Source: Candidatus Poribacteria bacterium (GTDB lineage: Bacteria > Poribacteria > WGA-4E > WGA-3G). From it: a stretch of 64,000 nucleotides of DNA. The stretch spans positions 1,248,001 through 1,312,000 of the forward strand of contig OZ243938.1 in assembly GCA_965214095.1 (NCBI GenBank), read 5' to 3'. Positions 60,281 to 64,000 of the stretch are shown here, piece by piece. The position numbers and the translations under genes are program-made. The notes beneath the pieces are model-generated. The model searched no databases and had not been told where the DNA came from. It saw nothing but the letters and a program-made list of their open reading frames with translations. Numbering within the stretch: the first letter of the stretch is position 1; each line of letters opens with the position of its first letter.

Positions 60281-62206
60281 TCACTCGGTATCTAAAGCGG
60301 GAAAATCCCAAAATAGGACGGTGCCATCAAGACTACCACTCGCGAGTATTTTACCATTTGGACTAAATGCCACACTAAATACAATGCTGGTATGTCCAGT
60401 AAGGATTGTGGGTGGATTATCTGTGAACATTTTCCATAAATGGACGTTAGTATCATCACCACCGCTTGCGAGTGTCTGTCCATCAGGACTGAATGCAATA
60501 CTGCGTACAGAGTTTGCATGACCTGTGAAAGTGTTTAGGTGTTCTCCTGTCTGTGGATGCCACAAACGAATGGTTTTATCACCACTGCCACTTGCCAAGA
60601 TTCGACCATCCGGATTGAAAGCAATGCTATTAACAGAACTCGTATGACCTTCAAGGAGTTGGAGTTGAACTCCTGTTGATGGATCCCACAGTCGGACTGT
60701 TGTGTCAACGCTTCCGGAGGCAAGTATTTTCCCATCCGGACTAAATGCCACACAATTAACCCAATGTGTATGTGCACCAAGCATTTGAATTTCTTTTCCT
60801 GTCTGAATATCCCATATTTTGACTGTACCATCAGCACTCGCGGTGGCAAGTGTCTTCCCATCAGGATCAAAAGTTACACACCTGACCAAATCTCTATGAC
60901 CCGAAATAGTTTGGATGCTATCATCTGCATTAGGAATAATGTGGATGGTTTTTTCTGCCATAAAATCAGGTATTAGAACAGCATCGTTTCCTCTGCCAAT
61001 TGCCAATATTTCTCCATCTGGACTGAATGTAAGATCGGTAACTCCAGTCGGGAACGTGCTCAATTCATCTGATGCCAGAGCAATTCTGTTGAGTCGGTCT
61101 CCTGCTTCTGTATCCCACAGTCGTATGACATTATCCTTGCCGCGACTTGCCAAAACCTTGCTATCGGGACTGAAAGCGACACTATAAATAACATCTGGGT
61201 ACTCAGCGAGAATACGTAGGTGTTTCCCCGAATCTACATCCCATAGACGAACCGTTCCATCTAAACCCTCACTCGCAAGTGTTTTTCCATTCGGACCGAA
61301 AACAACGTTCTCAACCCTTGATGTATGTCCCTTGAGCAGACTTTGCTGTTCACCAGTCTCTACATCCCACAGGCGTATTGTTGTGTCATCACTACAACTT
61401 GCCAGCAATTCTTCATCTGGACTGAATGCAATGCTACGAACCCAATCATTGTGACCTGAGTAAGTCCCGATTGTCTTACCTGTGTTTGTATCCCATAGGA
61501 TAACATTCATGTCATTTCCACCACTTGCAACCATCTTTCCATCTGGATGAAACGCCACGCTATTCACAGGAACACTTGTACGGCAAGTTAAATTGTTGTC
61601 TGAATTTGAAGCTTCGGTCTGTAATGACCATATACATACAGTTCCATCTTCACTACCACTTGCGATCAACTTTCCATCCTGACTGTACGCCACGCTATTG
61701 ATTTTGTCGGTGTGTCCAAAAAACAAATGTAGTTGTTCGCCAGTGATTAAATCCCACACCTGTACTATACCGTCTGTTGCTCCACTCACAAGTGTCGTAC
61801 CCTCTGGACCGAAAGCGACACTAGAGACAATACCAGAATGACCAATGAGTCTGTTTATCAGTTCACCTGTCTCAACATCCCAAAGTATGACAGTGGAGTC
61901 AGCCCCAGCACTTGCTATAAATCTTGCGTCAGGACTATAGCGAACACTCCAGACAGCACTCTCATTGTCTGTAAGCAACTTGAGAGCTTCACCTGTTTCA
62001 ATATCATGAATCCAAATGCCATTTTTGCCTCCAACAGCAATATGTTTGCCATCAGGAGCGTAATCTATCGCCGTGCTCCAACCATTGCCAAGACGCATGA
62101 CAGCATTCTTAGGTAAAGGTAGGTGCGTAGTTTGAGCGAAACCTTGTATTATAAAACAGAATATTGCTAACACAATGGTTAATATTAAAATTATAGCCTT
62201 TTTCAT
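60281..62206 (-). CDS. Secreted WD40-repeat protein
   Basis: About 14 repeats of GH...V.SVAFSPDG..LASGS.D.T..LWD; signal peptide and LP..A..RLG motif. Confidence 0.93.
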   Translation of the reverse strand: MKKAIILILTIVLAIFCFIIQGFAQTTHLPLPKNAVMRLGNGWSTAIDYAPDGKHIAVGGKNGIWIHDIETGEALKLLTDNESAVWSVRYSPDARFIASAGADSTVILWDVETGELINRLIGHSGIVSSVAFGPEGTTLVSGATDGIVQVWDLITGEQLHLFFGHTDKINSVAYSQDGKLIASGSEDGTVCIWSLQTEASNSDNNLTCRTSVPVNSVAFHPDGKMVASGGNDMNVILWDTNTGKTIGTYSGHNDWVRSIAFSPDEELLASCSDDTTIRLWDVETGEQQSLLKGHTSRVENVVFGPNGKTLASEGLDGTVRLWDVDSGKHLRILAEYPDVIYSVAFSPDSKVLASRGKDNVIRLWDTEAGDRLNRIALASDELSTFPTGVTDLTFSPDGEILAIGRGNDAVLIPDFMAEKTIHIIPNADDSIQTISGHRDLVRCVTFDPDGKTLATASADGTVKIWDIQTGKEIQMLGAHTHWVNCVAFSPDGKILASGSVDTTVRLWDPSTGVQLQLLEGHTSSVNSIAFNPDGRILASGSGDKTIRLWHPQTGEHLNTFTGHANSVRSIAFSPDGQTLASGGDDTNVHLWKMFTDNPPTILTGHTSIVFSVAFSPNGKILASGSLDGTVLFWDFPALDTE

Positions 62207-62377
62207 ATTTTTGTTCTCCATTGAGTGTGTATTACTTGTATATTATTCTATTCGGGAATGGTTCAATTTTTTTATAGAAAGTGTTATGAATATCTGCATT
62301 GTCAGTGGACGTAGAAGGACAACTTTCATGTATGAGTAGGCAAATATTCACATTAGTTTATGCATCTTATTATAATC

Positions 62378-62440
62378 TAACGTGAGTTCGGAATATTTGC
62401 TGTAGGTTGGGTTGAGGGACGAATTATCAAACTCAGGTTA
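62378..62440. mobile_element. MITE-like element E (63 bp; TIRs plus truncated REP)
   Basis: TAACGTGAGTTCG...CAAACTCAGGTTA imperfect TIRs; internal GTAGGTTGGGTTGAGGGACGAA lacks its second arm. Confidence 0.6.
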
Positions 62441-62552
62441 TTTGTGCTATTTGCATGCTGAAAATAGATGCCATAATCAAACAATTTGATTATAACATGA
62501 CGTTGCCTCTCATGCAAGCAAATCACGACTTAGTTGCTGAGATTATAGAACC

Positions 62553-62581
62553 TTGACATATAATACTTTCACTGCTATCAT
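62553..62581 (+). promoter_or_regulatory. Sigma70 promoter
   Basis: TTGACA-N17-TATCAT with extended -10 TG. Confidence 0.65.
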
Positions 62582-62627
62582 AATATAATACAAATTGAGT
62601 ATGAACTATCAGTATGAGGAGCGATGT

Positions 62628-63638
62628 ATGAAAGGCAAACAGATAATTATGCCTGAGAAACGAGTGGCAACGTTAGCAGATTTTGAACTTGACGAAACTC
62701 TTGCACCTAATCAAATATTACTCAAAACACATTACAGCCTAATCAGTCCTGGTACTGAAGGAGCCGGATTTACCGGTTTAGAAAGTGGCACTCGGTTTCC
62801 CCACGGGTCTGGATATACGGCTATCGGTGAAGTCCTAAAAGTTGGTGAGCAAGTAACAAAGTGTGCAGTTGGTGATTTTGTCTTTTGCTATAGTTCACAC
62901 GCTTCTATTGTTAAAACTTCATCTATAATGTTGTCATTCAAACCTCCGTTAGAGATAGATGCTAAACTGATACCCTTTGTGCGTATGGCAACGGTAGCGA
63001 TGACTTCACTTCGTGTGTCCTCTGCAGAATTTGGAGATTCGGTTGTTGTTATCGGTTTAGGATTAGTCGGGAATTCAGCATCGCAAATATTCAACTTAGC
63101 AGGAATGAATGTCATTAGCGTTGAGCGTGTGCCTGAACGTTTAGAAATTGCTCGTAAATGTGGAATACAACACCTGATAAATCCTGACGAAGAAGATGTA
63201 CACGAACGTGTCAAAACCCTAACAGGTGGACGCAAAGCAGAGGTTACCGTTGAGGCAATTGGAAATCCACGACTGGCTGAATTGGCATATCAGTTGACGG
63301 GTAGTAAAGGAGAGGTAATCCTTCTCGGTTCACCGCGTGGTGAGTATGTTACAAATGTGACGGATATACTAAATTATACACATCTCATTGGTCGGGGTGC
63401 CATAACACTGAAGAGTGCCCATGAATGGGTGTATCCGACAATGCATTCAGGTGAATCGAAACACTCACTTGAACGGAATTCACAAATCGTCTATTCTCTC
63501 ATTAAAGATGGTAAGTTTAAGGTTGAGGAATTACTAACGCATGTGATAAACCCTGAAGATGCACAATCTGCTTACGATGGTTTGACAGATCAGAAGGACA
63601 AATATTTAGGTGTTATCATGGATTGGACACAGGTATAA
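62628..63638 (+). CDS. MDR/zinc-binding alcohol dehydrogenase-like oxidoreductase
   Basis: SLISPGTE, GYTAIGEV, VIGLGLVG, VEAIG; RBS GAGGAG. Confidence 0.9.
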   Translation: MKGKQIIMPEKRVATLADFELDETLAPNQILLKTHYSLISPGTEGAGFTGLESGTRFPHGSGYTAIGEVLKVGEQVTKCAVGDFVFCYSSHASIVKTSSIMLSFKPPLEIDAKLIPFVRMATVAMTSLRVSSAEFGDSVVVIGLGLVGNSASQIFNLAGMNVISVERVPERLEIARKCGIQHLINPDEEDVHERVKTLTGGRKAEVTVEAIGNPRLAELAYQLTGSKGEVILLGSPRGEYVTNVTDILNYTHLIGRGAITLKSAHEWVYPTMHSGESKHSLERNSQIVYSLIKDGKFKVEELLTHVINPEDAQSAYDGLTDQKDKYLGVIMDWTQV

Positions 63639-63655
63639 TCTCTCTAAACACCGTC

Positions 63656-63751
63656 TGATACCAAATTAACCTAAATCGTAGGGGCAGGGTTTCCCTACCC
63701 GCACGTGTTCTCAGCATTAAAAACAGAACAAATCTCGTTAATTTGGTATGA
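63656..63751. mobile_element. MITE-like element F (perfect 12-bp TIR, TGA direct repeats, one REP)
   Basis: TGA-TACCAAATTAAC...GTTAATTTGGTA-TGA; internal GTAGGGGCAGGGTTTCCCTACCC. Confidence 0.8.
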
Positions 63752-63776
63752 TACAACGGCAGCTATTGAGGATAAA

Positions 63777-64000
63777 ATGCACACGCTTCTTATACTACGA
63801 CATGCTAAATCGTGTTGGGAAAACCCCGCACTATCAGATTATGATAGACCATTGAACAAACGCGGAAAACGGGATGCGCCACGAATAGGAAAACATCTCA
63901 GACAACAAGGTTTAGTTCCAGATTGTATTCTTACTTCATCAGCAAAACGTGCAAGAAAAACTGCTTCTAAAGTTGCTGAAGCATGTGGATATAAGGGCAA
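63777..64000 (+). CDS. sixA: SixA-like histidine phosphatase, 3' end outside the window
   Basis: MHTLLILRHAKSCW..DYDRPLNKRG..PDCILTSSAKRARKTA. Confidence 0.88.
   Translation, partial: MHTLLILRHAKSCWENPALSDYDRPLNKRGKRDAPRIGKHLRQQGLVPDCILTSSAKRARKTASKVAEACGYKG

Noticed and set aside
1812-63235. Numerous 60-170 aa ORFs overlapping the called genes
   Set aside because: Alternative-frame or antisense shadows with no motifs or RBS support.

Overview
AT-rich bacterial chromosome segment with about 46 protein genes. It is most consistent with Candidatus Poribacteria, an inference from the LamG protein with a C-terminal 'PAGKLATTWGKLK' tail, two PhyH dioxygenases, a sialidase, and WD40 and TPR-LamG repeat proteins. 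Housekeeping genes include rpsT, rsmB, two thiE-like genes, glnE, selD, pyrE, a ymdB-like gene, xseA-xseB-dxs-tlyA, tamB-like and bamA/tamA-like genes, a nucleoside-type ABC transporter, an M16 peptidase pair and sixA (partial). I found no rRNA, tRNA, CRISPR array, transposase or phage genes. Main signals outside the ORF track: (1) at least nine intergenic elements of 60-170 bp in which GTAG-type REP palindromes sit inside terminal inverted repeats of several families, three of them present twice in the window; (2) selD really starts at 24194 and has an in-frame UGA (Sec17) followed by a hairpin; (3) a macA/macB-like deletion scar; (4) an ECF sigma factor with a probable autoregulatory promoter, followed by a soluble protein with a degenerate FHA domain; (5) an M28 peptidase lacking zinc ligands; (6) a small basic protein with two beta-clamp-like motifs; (7) an IS200/IS605-like end remnant. 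All calls come from reading the sequence by eye; no searches were run.
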